64,000 bases of DNA, taken from Smithellaceae bacterium. GTDB taxonomy: Bacteria > Desulfobacterota > Syntrophia > Syntrophales > Smithellaceae. Of the stretch, positions 24,973 to 34,106 are shown piece by piece (within the stretch, counting starts at the first letter, position 1; every line of letters begins with the position of its first letter). The notes beneath the pieces were generated by a model. The model was not told the origin of the DNA. It did not search any database and saw only the letters and a list, made by a program, of their open reading frames with translations. Location: the NCBI GenBank assembly GCA_963682105.1, contig OY821638.1:463071-527070 (forward strand). Direction: 5' to 3'. Made by a program: the position numbers and the translations under genes.

Positions 24973-26460
24973 ATGGGAAAAATAATTAAAGCGGCCGATC
25001 TTTTTTGTGGCGCCGGCGGAACTTCAAGCGGACTATATCGAGCATGCAAGGCAATCGGCGCGGGGATCGATCTTGTGGCTGTAAATCACTGGACCATCGC
25101 AATCGAAACACACAAAGCGAATCATCCGGACGCCCGGCATATTTGCGCGACACTCGAAAGCATCGACCCGCGTGAAGCCGCTCCATCCGGGCGGTTGAAT
25201 ATACTTGTTGCAAGCCCCGAATGCACTCATCATTCCGTTGCCCGCGGTGGCAAACCGGTCAATGATCAGTTGAGAGCTTCTGCCTGGCATATCCTTCGAT
25301 GGGCGGAATTATTGACCATTGATAATATTCTGATTGAAAACGTCCGTGAATTCCGCGACTGGGGTCCGACCACAGCGACCGGAAAACCGATAAAGAGGCG
25401 TAAAGGCGAAACCTATCAAGCGTTTTTGAACGCGCTGCGCTCCCTGAATTACAATGTTGAAGACAGGGCGCTAAACGCTGCGGACTATGGTGATCCGACA
25501 TCCCGAAACCGACTGTTTGTCATAGCACGTCACGGAAGAAAAAAAATAATCTGGCCTAATCCGTCGCATACGGCGAACGAAACAGCCGCTTTATTCGGCG
25601 ATGATTTAAAACCATATCGGACGGCCCGCGAAGTGATCGACTGGGATTTCCCGGGTGAATCAATATTTAAACGGAAAAAACCGCTTGCTAACGCGACGCT
25701 TGCCCGGATCGCTGCGGGACTACGGAAGTATGGCGGACGGAACGCGGAGCCGTTCCTTGTCATGCTTTACGGAAGCAATGATGCCCGATCAGTCGACAGG
25801 CCCATGCCGACGATAACGGCGGGCGGGAATCATATTGGGATTTGTAAACCATTTTTGACGCATATTACACACATGGGCGGCGATCGCGTACATGATATTG
25901 ACGAACCGGTCCCGACGATTACCTGTGCCCATCGCGGAGAAATGGCACTGGTTGAACCGTTTCTGGTTCGATATCATGGAAATCATCCCGGGAAAAATGA
26001 TTCTGAGCGCAGGACACATTCAGTTGATAATCCATTGCCCACGCTGGACACGTCCAACCGATACGCGCTTTGTGAGCCGTTTATCACTATAATGAAAGGC
26101 CAAAGCAAAACCCGCGAGTTAGACCGACCTCTCCCGGCGATAACCACAAACCCGCACCTGTATTTATGCGAACCGTTCATCACGATGTATTACGGACAGT
26201 CGAAGGCATCTAGTATCAACGAGCCCCTGGACACAATCACGACGCGGGACCGATTCGGCCTGGTCGAACCATGCACGGACGGCGAAACTGTTTATGACAT
26301 CCGTTTCAGGATGCTTCAGCCTCATGAGCTCGCGGCGGCGATGTCTTTTGATAAAGGCTATCTTTTTTCCGGAAACAAGACAGATAAGGTCAAGCAGATC
26401 GGCAATGCCGTTCCAGTGCGGACGGCGGCGGCGCTGTGTCAATCTTTGTTGGTGGGGTGA
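24973..26460 (+). CDS. DNA (cytosine-5)-methyltransferase, orphan, with a repeated target-recognition region
   Basis: Motif I DLFCGAGG, catalytic PC-type motif SPECTHHS, motif VI IENV, motif X QIGNAVP. The ATG at 24973 gives a canonical N-terminus. No adjacent endonuclease. Confidence 0.9.
   Translation: MGKIIKAADLFCGAGGTSSGLYRACKAIGAGIDLVAVNHWTIAIETHKANHPDARHICATLESIDPREAAPSGRLNILVASPECTHHSVARGGKPVNDQLRASAWHILRWAELLTIDNILIENVREFRDWGPTTATGKPIKRRKGETYQAFLNALRSLNYNVEDRALNAADYGDPTSRNRLFVIARHGRKKIIWPNPSHTANETAALFGDDLKPYRTAREVIDWDFPGESIFKRKKPLANATLARIAAGLRKYGGRNAEPFLVMLYGSNDARSVDRPMPTITAGGNHIGICKPFLTHITHMGGDRVHDIDEPVPTITCAHRGEMALVEPFLVRYHGNHPGKNDSERRTHSVDNPLPTLDTSNRYALCEPFITIMKGQSKTRELDRPLPAITTNPHLYLCEPFITMYYGQSKASSINEPLDTITTRDRFGLVEPCTDGETVYDIRFRMLQPHELAAAMSFDKGYLFSGNKTDKVKQIGNAVPVRTAAALCQSLLVG
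25747..26268 (+). repeat. Five tandem coding repeats of about 33-41 aa in the methyltransferase variable region
   Basis: Each unit reads (E/K)PF(L/I)xxxxGxxxxxSxD(x)P(L/M/V)(P/D)T(I/L)(T/D)...: EPFLVMLYG..DRPMPTITAG / KPFLTHITH..DEPVPTITCA / EPFLVRYHG..DNPLPTLDTS / EPFITIMKG..DRPLPAITTN / EPFITMYYG..NEPLDTITTR. Confidence 0.85.
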
Positions 26461-26514
26461 AATCATGCCAAAAACAGAAAGCGGCCTGCACAAGAACACA
26501 ATCCTTCGCGGCCC

Positions 26515-26742
26515 ATGCTACGGACTGAAAGAGGGATGGGTGATAATGGCGTGACTCAGCATTATCAACGAAACGTTTGCGGTGTTTTAAAATGGTGCCC
26601 GACGTGCGGAAGGATGACTATGCACAGAGTAGATGACCGAAGGGTCGGATGCTGCCTGGAACAACATTCTGTCGGGATGTCTAAGGCGCAATTGAAGAAA
26701 ACAAAGTCCAAGGAAGATAATGGACAAGAGAGTTTGTTTTAA
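26515..26742 (+). CDS. Small zinc-ribbon-like protein
   Basis: CPTC...CC..H cysteine cluster. Start uncertain (26515 or the ATG at 26536). Confidence 0.35.
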   Translation: MLRTERGMGDNGVTQHYQRNVCGVLKWCPTCGRMTMHRVDDRRVGCCLEQHSVGMSKAQLKKTKSKEDNGQESLF

Positions 26743-26755
26743 CAGGAGAAATAAC

Positions 26756-26929
26756 GTGTTGACCGCCGCCGAAATAGATCAGATTGCCGATAAAGTTGTT
26801 GAAAAAATAATCCTTCAACAACGGAAGATTCGGCTTGTCGAAACGCCGGCATCACGAAAGGCGGACATTGATAAAATAGTTGATGGATTTAACCAACGAA
26901 AATACAAGTTGAAAAATAAAGGGTTATAA
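26756..26929 (+). CDS. Small protein upstream of int (candidate recombination directionality factor; function inferred from position only)
   Basis: GTG start 7 nt after AGGAG. 57 aa. Ends 3 nt before the int ATG. Confidence 0.3.
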   Translation: MLTAAEIDQIADKVVEKIILQQRKIRLVETPASRKADIDKIVDGFNQRKYKLKNKGL

Positions 26930-26932
26930 ATT

Positions 26933-28132
26933 ATGCCATCAACTATGGACGGCATAAGAGAGGTAAAAGGACGCCCCGGCGTCTATGACATTGACGTTTC
27001 TCTCGGGTATGAGAACGTTGACGGAAACCTTATCCAAAAACGCATTAAGCGCCGCCGTGAATTTCCTTCATACCTGGACGCCGTACAATTCAAAATTGAC
27101 CTTGAAAAAGCTTTCGGCAAAGCATCACGCGGAGCGGCAACAGTCGCCGAAATCTGGATGAAGTACCGGGAGCATATCGGCGCCGTCGATGATCCACAAA
27201 AAAAGCGCAAGAAAGGCGATAAAAAGAAAAAGAAGATCCACAACGCCCCCTCTACCATCGAAGACAAAGAACGTTGCTTTAACAAGTACCTGCTGCCGTT
27301 TTTCGGATCAATGATCCCCGATCTTATCACCAATACGGAAGTAGACGCCTACCAGGATCATCGGCTTGAGACAACGACGCGCGGAGAAATCCACCGGGCA
27401 ATAAACCTTGAAATAACATATTTGTCGGCAATGGTAAATTGGGCGGCCGATCCGGACGTGGGCCTTTGCAACAATGAGTTCACAAAATACTCGCCTCTTG
27501 AATATGACATGAGGAAAATCCCCAAAACCTTGCTACCGGAAGAGATCGAGGAATTAACTGATGAAATGGGATTTTTTCATCAAACCATGTATCAAACACT
27601 TTATCATGGCGGACTGAGAAAAAAAGAAGTCTCCATGCTCAGGAAAGAAAACATAAACCTCCGCGCTCGATATATCAGCGTCGTCCGGTCGAAGGGCGAA
27701 GCGCCCCGCCTGGTTCCCATGTCCCGGAAGCTGTTCGCTTACCTCTTCATCCATCTTCAGATTTTGAAATTAACGGCTGAAGAGTACGCCGCAAAGCCGA
27801 AAAAGAATTATTATTACAGCCGGCTTTTCGCCCTGCGTGATCAGGGAAAGCTTGATGAAAGCCTGGTCTTTCCGTCCTGCAGGACGGGTGGCGTCAACAA
27901 TGATATCAGGTTCGCTATAAAAAAGGCCAAGAAGGCGCTTAAAACCGACAAGAGGGTATCTCCCCATATGTTCCGGCATTCGTTCGCCACAAGTCTTATC
28001 AACAATGAGACTGATTTGAGAACCGTTCAGGAATTGCTCGGACATAAGGACGTGAGAACGACACAGATATACACCCACCCGGCGCTCAGAACAAAAAACA
28101 ACGCCATCAACAGAGCATTTAACCGCAAATAA
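26933..28132 (+). CDS. int: Tyrosine recombinase / phage integrase
   Basis: C-terminal catalytic region HMFRHSFATSLINNETDLRTVQELLGHKDVRTTQIYTH (R..HxxR..Y). Adjacent to a tRNA. Confidence 0.95.
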   Translation: MPSTMDGIREVKGRPGVYDIDVSLGYENVDGNLIQKRIKRRREFPSYLDAVQFKIDLEKAFGKASRGAATVAEIWMKYREHIGAVDDPQKKRKKGDKKKKKIHNAPSTIEDKERCFNKYLLPFFGSMIPDLITNTEVDAYQDHRLETTTRGEIHRAINLEITYLSAMVNWAADPDVGLCNNEFTKYSPLEYDMRKIPKTLLPEEIEELTDEMGFFHQTMYQTLYHGGLRKKEVSMLRKENINLRARYISVVRSKGEAPRLVPMSRKLFAYLFIHLQILKLTAEEYAAKPKKNYYYSRLFALRDQGKLDESLVFPSCRTGGVNNDIRFAIKKAKKALKTDKRVSPHMFRHSFATSLINNETDLRTVQELLGHKDVRTTQIYTHPALRTKNNAINRAFNRK

Positions 28133-28173
28133 GGAAACGGTAAGGAGATAAGGCGATGGAAAACAATACCAAG

Positions 28174-28208
28174 AAAAAAGCCGCCTCGCTAAACGCTCGA
28201 AACGGCTT
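28174..28208 (-). terminator. Rho-independent terminator downstream of tRNA-Lys (lies on the phage side of the junction)
   Basis: On the minus strand, AAGCCGTTTCG...CGAGGCGGCTT forms a stem of about 11 bp (two G-U pairs) followed by TTTTCTT. Confidence 0.55.
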
Positions 28209-28214
28209 ATGTTT

Positions 28215-28290
28215 TGGTGAGCCCTGTCGGGATCGAACCGACAACCTACTGATTAAGAGTCAGTTGCTCTACCAGCTGAGCTAAGGGCCC
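28215..28290 (-). tRNA. tRNA-Lys (anticodon CTT), CCA encoded
   Basis: Hand-folded cloverleaf: acceptor GGGCCCT/AGGGCTC, anticodon loop CTCTTAA, T arm GTCGG-TTCGATC-CCGAC. Confidence 0.9.
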
Positions 28291-28348
28291 TTTTAATTAA
28301 TTTTGAACAATACAAACCATGTAAAGAACAAACTTGCTTTTCCAATTC

Positions 28349-28425
28349 TGGCGCGCCCGGTAGGATTCGAACCTACGACCAACAGATTCGAAGTCTGCGA
28401 CTCTATCCAGCTGAGCTACGGGCGC
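28349..28425 (-). tRNA. tRNA-Arg (anticodon TCG), CCA encoded
   Basis: Acceptor GCGCCCG/CGGGCGC, anticodon loop CTTCGAA, T arm GTAGG-TTCGAAT-CCTAC. Confidence 0.9.
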
Positions 28426-28444
28426 GTAGTTTCAAATCCCAAAA

Positions 28445-28522
28445 TGGGGTGAGTGAAGGGGTTCGAACCCTCGACCTCCGGGGCCACAACCCGGCACTCT
28501 GACCAGCTGAGCTACACCCACC
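28445..28522 (-). tRNA. tRNA-His (anticodon GTG) with encoded G-1 and CCA
   Basis: Extra 5' G opposite discriminator C. Anticodon stem CCGGG/CCCGG with loop TTGTGGC. T loop TTCGAAC. Confidence 0.9.
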
Positions 28523-28533
28523 ATTATTCATCC

Positions 28534-28610
28534 TGGTGCGCCTGGAGGGACTCGAACTCTCGGCCTACTGATTAGAAGTCAGTTGCTCTATCCAACTGAG
28601 CTACAGGCGC
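28534..28610 (-). tRNA. tRNA-Arg (anticodon TCT), CCA encoded
   Basis: Acceptor GCGCCTG/CAGGCGC, anticodon loop CTTCTAA, T loop TTCGAGT (one A-C mismatch in the T stem). Confidence 0.85.
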
Positions 28611-28641
28611 ATTCTTTTATCCTGCACCAAAAAGAGAAAGC

Positions 28642-28670
28642 CTAATATCCCCTCTTCTTTCATTTGTCAA
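28642..28670 (-). promoter_or_regulatory. Sigma70-type promoter for the tRNA operon
   Basis: Minus strand TTGACA-17 nt-TATTAG, about 31 nt upstream of the first tRNA 5' end. Confidence 0.5.
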
Positions 28671-28691
28671 GATCAAAAGCAGCATTTTCTG

Positions 28692-30407
28692 TCATCGAAC
28701 GTATCCCGCAATGCCGTCAAATTTATATCCCTTCCTCGTCCCCGTCGCTGCTTTCGGATTCGTGGAATAATAGTACTTTTTTGTATAGGGATTGAACCAC
28801 CGATACAGCTCGCGCGTATTGGTCATTCTTGATGTTGCGATATTTCCGATAATGCCTTCATAAACATATCCGTTAAGATGCTTTCCGCCTCCCGTCCGGT
28901 CATAATGGTAAAAATGATCATGAATGGAAGGGTTGTACCATCGATAAAAGCTTGTCGTTCCGGGTGTGTTCGGCGCAAAAAGCCGAAAGGCGATTCCTTC
29001 TTTAATGTAACCGTTCTGGATCAGCCTTCTGGATTCCGCCTGCGGATCGGAAGTATATAAATAATCCAGGTCATTGGAATACAGGTAAACATCGATGATT
29101 TTCGGCGTCGCGTCGGCCACAACGTCCACGAAAACCTCTGCCGATTCTTCTCCCGCATTGGATCTGAAAACGATCTCGTCGCCGTAATAGCCAGGTTCAA
29201 GATTCGATGTATCTACCTTTACATTGATATAATCCGTTTCGCGCATCGTCGTGCCGGAATTGGGAAATACGGTAATCCAACCTTTCGGCCCCCTCATTAT
29301 TTCTTTTCCGAAGACTTTGACGCCTTCCAGTTCCAGCAAACCGTCTCTGACCACGATGGATACAATATGCGGTCCATCAGGCAGCCTTTCGGCTATAATA
29401 AGTTCCTTTTTTTCCCATTCACCGGACAATACATCCGGCAGCGTCAGCGGTATTTCGTCCAGGTAAATCTGGCAATTTCCTTCCTCTGTGTGCGACTGCA
29501 AAAAGACGCTGAGCCCCGTTCCGGTAAATTTAAATTTAAGAGCTCCGGCGTTGCTCTTGATCACGGGATATCCATTTTTTTCCGACCATTTTCCGATCAG
29601 TTCGATGGAATCTTTGAGATGTTCGGGAATTCCATATTTTCCGGGTTCCAGGGGTTGATCATTGCGAAAAGAAATGTATCTTTCCCTGGGCAGTTCGCCC
29701 GGCCTTGAAGCATTTCTGGCACCGGGCGAATGAACGGACCATCTTAACATGTCCCTGCCGCGGTTGGTTAACTCGACTCTCCGGGATATGATTTTGTCGG
29801 GCATTTGAACGCCCAGATCCAGCCTCTGTGGATTCAAATGGATGGTCGGAATTTCCTGCAAAGCGCGAATACGGAACCCCAGATGAACCGTTCTCTGACC
29901 TCCTGCGGAAGATATTTTAAACTCTTTTCTGTATGTTCCGGCTTTTAAATCTTTATAACAGACAAATTCCTTTCCTGCCGACTCCATTTTTATTGTTACC
30001 CTAAAACTGGATGCTTTGTTTTTGTCGACGGCGGGAATATCGATTCGATCGGCAATATTCAACTCCAGATTTAAAGAAGCCGGCTCGTCGGAAACAGTTC
30101 CTTTTAAAGCTTTACCGCCGGCAGATTCCCAGTCTTCCGGGCAGGATGCCGACCATTCCATGTTTTGTCGTATAAGATTTTTCAAAATGAATTCGCCGAA
30201 AACGGATTCACCCGGCTTTACGGACCCAAGATCGATTTCCCGAGGTGTTATGGTGAGCACAGGCCTGTTATCATTACCTCCCGCGCTGTAACCGGTCTGC
30301 GGCTGTTTATCGTTTTTCGGACCAGTCGCAGCATGCACAAAAGAAGACGAAATAACGAAAAAAAGCAGCATGAATATGGAAATCAACGAAATCTTTCTGT
30401 TATTCAT
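28692..30407 (-). CDS. Secreted protein with C-terminal aromatic repeats (DUF5648-like, unverified)
   Basis: Signal peptide MNNRKISLISIFMLLFFVISSSFVHA. C-terminal repeated motifs (FYRWYNPSIHDHFYHYD / LYRWFNPYTKKYYYSTN / GY.YEGI.G). Confidence 0.7.
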   Translation of the reverse strand: MNNRKISLISIFMLLFFVISSSFVHAATGPKNDKQPQTGYSAGGNDNRPVLTITPREIDLGSVKPGESVFGEFILKNLIRQNMEWSASCPEDWESAGGKALKGTVSDEPASLNLELNIADRIDIPAVDKNKASSFRVTIKMESAGKEFVCYKDLKAGTYRKEFKISSAGGQRTVHLGFRIRALQEIPTIHLNPQRLDLGVQMPDKIISRRVELTNRGRDMLRWSVHSPGARNASRPGELPRERYISFRNDQPLEPGKYGIPEHLKDSIELIGKWSEKNGYPVIKSNAGALKFKFTGTGLSVFLQSHTEEGNCQIYLDEIPLTLPDVLSGEWEKKELIIAERLPDGPHIVSIVVRDGLLELEGVKVFGKEIMRGPKGWITVFPNSGTTMRETDYINVKVDTSNLEPGYYGDEIVFRSNAGEESAEVFVDVVADATPKIIDVYLYSNDLDYLYTSDPQAESRRLIQNGYIKEGIAFRLFAPNTPGTTSFYRWYNPSIHDHFYHYDRTGGGKHLNGYVYEGIIGNIATSRMTNTRELYRWFNPYTKKYYYSTNPKAATGTRKGYKFDGIAGYVR

Positions 30408-30476
30408 AATGACCTCTGAAAAAAGACTGTGGTCTTCTAACTCAAAGATAGTTTTTGCGCAATATTTTTAAAATGC

Positions 30477-30506
30477 TTGACAGAGCCGTGAAGGAAGAGG
30501 TAATGT
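30477..30506 (+). promoter_or_regulatory. Candidate sigma70 promoter for dprA-topA-trmFO
   Basis: TTGACA-18 nt-TAATGT upstream of dprA. Confidence 0.3.
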
Positions 30507-30574
30507 TCGCCCTGTTTTTTTTAAACCCGGTTTTATTTCGGGAATTTAAAGATGCCCTGTCCAAACATTATCCT

Positions 30575-31714
30575 ATGAATCAAAACCATTTAAGATTCTG
30601 GATAGCGCTTAAAGCTATCCCGGGAATCGGCAATACAGTTATTTCGGCTCTGATTGATCGCTTCGGCTCGCCGTCTCACGTATTTTCCGCCGGTGAAAGC
30701 GATTTATGCTCAGTTGCCGGAATCAGCAAAACAATAGCCCGGTCAATCATTAACTTTAAAAACTGGGATAACATTTTGCCTCAACTTGACGCTCTCCATA
30801 AAAACGGCATAAATATTATCACCTGTCAGGATGAACTTTATCCGGCCAACCTGCTCAATATTTACGATCGTCCGGCGTTTCTTTATGTTCTGGGAACGCT
30901 GCGCAAAGAGGATGTGTCCATTGCCTTGGTCGGATCGCGTCGCGCCAGCACATACGGCAAATACACCACGGAAAGAATCAGCCGTGAACTTGCCTTGCAG
31001 GGTATAACCATTGTAAGTGGCCTGGCCAGAGGAATCGATTCCTGTGCACACCGTGGCGCCCTGTCCGCCTCCGGACGGACAATAGCGGTGCTGGGTTGCG
31101 GTCTGAACGTCATTTATCCGCCTGAGAATAAAAATTTATTCTCGGCTATTGCGCAACATGGCGCAATTATCTCTGAATTTCCGCCGGATACACAACCGAT
31201 GCCATTCAATTTTCCTGCGCGAAACCGCATCATCAGCGGTATGTCCTACGGTGTTGTGGTTGTGGAAGCAGGCGAAAAAAGCGGCTCGCTCATCACCGCC
31301 CGACTGGCCATGGAACAGGGTCGCGATGTTTTTGCCATTCCAGGCTCCATTGATTCTCCATCATCGCGCGGAGCCAACAGCCTGATCAAACAAGGAGCAA
31401 AACTTATCGATAATATTGACGATATTCTCGAAGATATCCTGCCGCAGGTTGAAAAGTCATCCTTCGGTAAGCCCGTTTTGCCCAAAATCGAGCAGTCGCC
31501 GCAGATGCCCCCGGATACAAAGGCTGTTTCCGTTAAACTCGATGGCATTTATCAGGATATTGTCAAAGTTCTGACTCAAGGAAAAAGGCATGCAGACGAT
31601 ATAATAACAGCGCTGGGCGCAGCTCCGGCCGGTGTGCTGGGTGCGCTGATTACACTGGAATTAAAGGGAATTATTGAGCAGCATCCCGGGAAAACGTTTT
31701 CCCTGAAAAAATAA
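30575..31714 (+). CDS. dprA: DNA processing protein DprA (Smf)
   Basis: Typical N-terminus (LRFWIALKAIPGIGNTVISALIDRFGSP) and Rossmann core (VALVGSRRASTYG..IVSGLARGIDSCAHRGAL). Start chosen at the ATG at 30575; upstream in-frame starts are possible. Confidence 0.85.
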   Translation: MNQNHLRFWIALKAIPGIGNTVISALIDRFGSPSHVFSAGESDLCSVAGISKTIARSIINFKNWDNILPQLDALHKNGINIITCQDELYPANLLNIYDRPAFLYVLGTLRKEDVSIALVGSRRASTYGKYTTERISRELALQGITIVSGLARGIDSCAHRGALSASGRTIAVLGCGLNVIYPPENKNLFSAIAQHGAIISEFPPDTQPMPFNFPARNRIISGMSYGVVVVEAGEKSGSLITARLAMEQGRDVFAIPGSIDSPSSRGANSLIKQGAKLIDNIDDILEDILPQVEKSSFGKPVLPKIEQSPQMPPDTKAVSVKLDGIYQDIVKVLTQGKRHADDIITALGAAPAGVLGALITLELKGIIEQHPGKTFSLKK

Positions 31715-31772
31715 TTCCTTTACAAAATGGCTTCTTGCGACTATAGGGGCGGCGAATTATGAAGGAGTTGAT

Positions 31773-34106
31773 ATGTCTAATTCACTGATTGTCGTGGAAT
31801 CACCCACGAAAGTTAAAACCATAAAAAAATTTCTCGGAAAGGATTTTAATGTCGTCGCTTCCATGGGGCACATCAAGGACCTGCCGAAAAGCTCTCTGGG
31901 CATCGATCTTGAAAAAGATTTTGAACCGACTTACAACGTCATCGACACCAAGAAGAAAACCATCGATGAATTGAAAAAGGCGGCCAAGACGGCGGAAAAC
32001 ATCTACCTGGCCCCCGACCCCGATCGTGAGGGAGAAGCCATCGCCTGGCATATTGCCGACGTTATCGGCTCTAAAAAGAAAAATATCTATCGTGTTTTAT
32101 TCAACGATTTGACCAAAAACACCGTTCTGGAGGCCATCGGTCATCCGCTGCAATTGGATTACGACAAGTATGAAGCTCAGCAGACCCGGCGCATTCTGGA
32201 TCGTCTTGTGGGCTACCAGATCAGCCCGGTCCTGTGGGATAAAGTCAAGAGAGGTTTAAGCGCAGGACGTGTCCAGTCTGTGGCCGTACGTATGATTTGT
32301 GAACGCGAAGATGAAATCAGCAAATTCGTCCCCGAAGAATACTGGAACCTGACCGCTCAGTTTGAAGGAAGCCAGCCACCGCCTTTTGACGCCAAGCTGA
32401 TCAAGGTGGACGGTAAAAAAGCCAAAGTTTCAAACGGTGAAGAAGCCGGTAAACTGGCTGCCAAAATAAAAGAAGCATCGTTTATCATTGAAAAGCTGGA
32501 GAAAAAAGAACTTAAACGCTCGGCATTGCCGCCTTTTACAACCAGCAAATTACAGCAGGAAGCATCTCGCGCTTTGAGATTTTCCGCCAAGAAAACCATG
32601 AGCGTCGCTCAGAAACTTTACGAAGGTATTGAACTGGGCAAGGAAGGCTCCGTAGGTCTAATCACTTACATGAGAACGGACTCCTACCGCATCGCCGATG
32701 AAGCGTTGCATGCCGTGCGCGATTACATCAAGGAAAATTATTCCGCCCAGTATCTGCCGCATAAAGCGCATGTGTATAAAAGCGCCCAAAAGACGCAGGA
32801 TGCTCACGAAGCCATTCGCCCTTCAACGATGGCGTACAAACCACAGGACATCAAAGAATACTTGGCGCCCGACCAGTTCAAGCTCTATCAGCTCATCTGG
32901 AACCGGTTTGTGGCAAGCCAGATGAATCCGGCGATCTTTGACCAGACCACCATCGATATTGCGGGCGCCGACTGCACATTCCGAGCCCAGGGGCAGGTCA
33001 TGAAGTTCCCCGGTTTCACCATTGTTTATACGGAAAGCAAGGAAGAGAAAGAAGATGAAAACGGAAATGGCGCGGACAAACTGCTTCCTGAACTTAAAGA
33101 GCAGGAAGAACTGAAACTGCTCAAGCTCGACACGCAGCAGAAGTTTACCCAGCCGCCACCCCGCTATTCTGAAGCCTCTCTGGTTCGCGAGCTGGAAGAA
33201 AACGGCATCGGCCGTCCCAGTACCTATGCGACGATTCTCACAACTATTCAGGATCGTGAATATGCCAAACTGGAGAAGGGAAAGTTCTTTCCCACAGAGT
33301 TGGGTAAGATCGTCACCGAGCTTCTGGTGCACAGTTTTCCGACGGTTCTGGATCTGGCTTTTACAGCGGATATGGAAAACAAGCTCGACGCCATTGAAAA
33401 CGGCGAAAACAAGCGGGTCAAAACGTTACAGGATTTCTACAAGTTGTTCTCACAAGAACTGGGCAAGGCCAAGGATGAAATGCGCAACGTCAAGCGGGAA
33501 GAAACGCCGACGGATCTGGTTTGCGAAAAATGTAATTCACCGATGGTCATCAAATGGGGTAAAAACGGCCGCTTCCTGTGCTGCTCTAATTATCCCGATT
33601 GTAAAAATACCATGAATTTCACTCACGACGAAAACGGGAAGGTAAAACACGTGGAAACACAAACAACTGATGTCAAATGCAACAAATGCGGCAAAAATAT
33701 GATTGTCAAGGAAGGACGCTTCGGGCAGTTTCTGGCCTGTTCCGGTTATCCGGAATGCAAAAACACCATGAATGCGGCGAAAAATGAAAATGGCGAAATC
33801 GTTGCAGCCGAAGCCCCGGCAACGGATGAAGTCTGCGAACTGTGCGGCAAACCCATGGCCGTCAAACGCGGCCGTTACGGCCAGTTCCTGGGCTGTACGG
33901 GATACCCCGAATGCAAGAACATCAAGAAAATGGGCAAGGACGGCAAAGCCACCAAGCAGGAAGTCGTTCTTTCCGATGAAACCTGCGACCTGTGCGGCAA
34001 ACCCATGGCCGTCAAGCGAGGCCGCTATGGCAATTTCCTGGGCTGCAGCGGTTATCCTGAATGCAAGAACATCAAGAAAATGCCTAAAAATAAAGAAGCG
34101 GAATGA
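31773..34106 (+). CDS. topA: DNA topoisomerase I with multiple C-terminal zinc ribbons
   Basis: TOPRIM N-terminus (LIVVESPTKVKTIKKFLG), 777 aa, repeated C-x2-C...C-x-GYPECKN zinc-ribbon modules. Confidence 0.97.
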   Translation: MSNSLIVVESPTKVKTIKKFLGKDFNVVASMGHIKDLPKSSLGIDLEKDFEPTYNVIDTKKKTIDELKKAAKTAENIYLAPDPDREGEAIAWHIADVIGSKKKNIYRVLFNDLTKNTVLEAIGHPLQLDYDKYEAQQTRRILDRLVGYQISPVLWDKVKRGLSAGRVQSVAVRMICEREDEISKFVPEEYWNLTAQFEGSQPPPFDAKLIKVDGKKAKVSNGEEAGKLAAKIKEASFIIEKLEKKELKRSALPPFTTSKLQQEASRALRFSAKKTMSVAQKLYEGIELGKEGSVGLITYMRTDSYRIADEALHAVRDYIKENYSAQYLPHKAHVYKSAQKTQDAHEAIRPSTMAYKPQDIKEYLAPDQFKLYQLIWNRFVASQMNPAIFDQTTIDIAGADCTFRAQGQVMKFPGFTIVYTESKEEKEDENGNGADKLLPELKEQEELKLLKLDTQQKFTQPPPRYSEASLVRELEENGIGRPSTYATILTTIQDREYAKLEKGKFFPTELGKIVTELLVHSFPTVLDLAFTADMENKLDAIENGENKRVKTLQDFYKLFSQELGKAKDEMRNVKREETPTDLVCEKCNSPMVIKWGKNGRFLCCSNYPDCKNTMNFTHDENGKVKHVETQTTDVKCNKCGKNMIVKEGRFGQFLACSGYPECKNTMNAAKNENGEIVAAEAPATDEVCELCGKPMAVKRGRYGQFLGCTGYPECKNIKKMGKDGKATKQEVVLSDETCDLCGKPMAVKRGRYGNFLGCSGYPECKNIKKMPKNKEAE

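Larger units (their letters stand above)
1..28214. mobile_element. Integrated temperate phage (prophage); right junction at the 3' end of tRNA-Lys, left junction outside the window
   Basis: Contiguous lysis, tail, head, terminase, replication, cro/cI-like switch, recombination, methylase and tyrosine integrase genes. The integrase 3' end faces tRNA-Lys across an 82-nt gap. Confidence 0.85.

Noticed and set aside
28156-28284. 42-codon plus-strand ORF with a strong SD (TAAGGAG) running antisense through tRNA-Lys.
   Set aside because: Most of its length is the reverse complement of a tRNA gene. It has no plausible coding signal beyond the chance SD, so I treat it as spurious.
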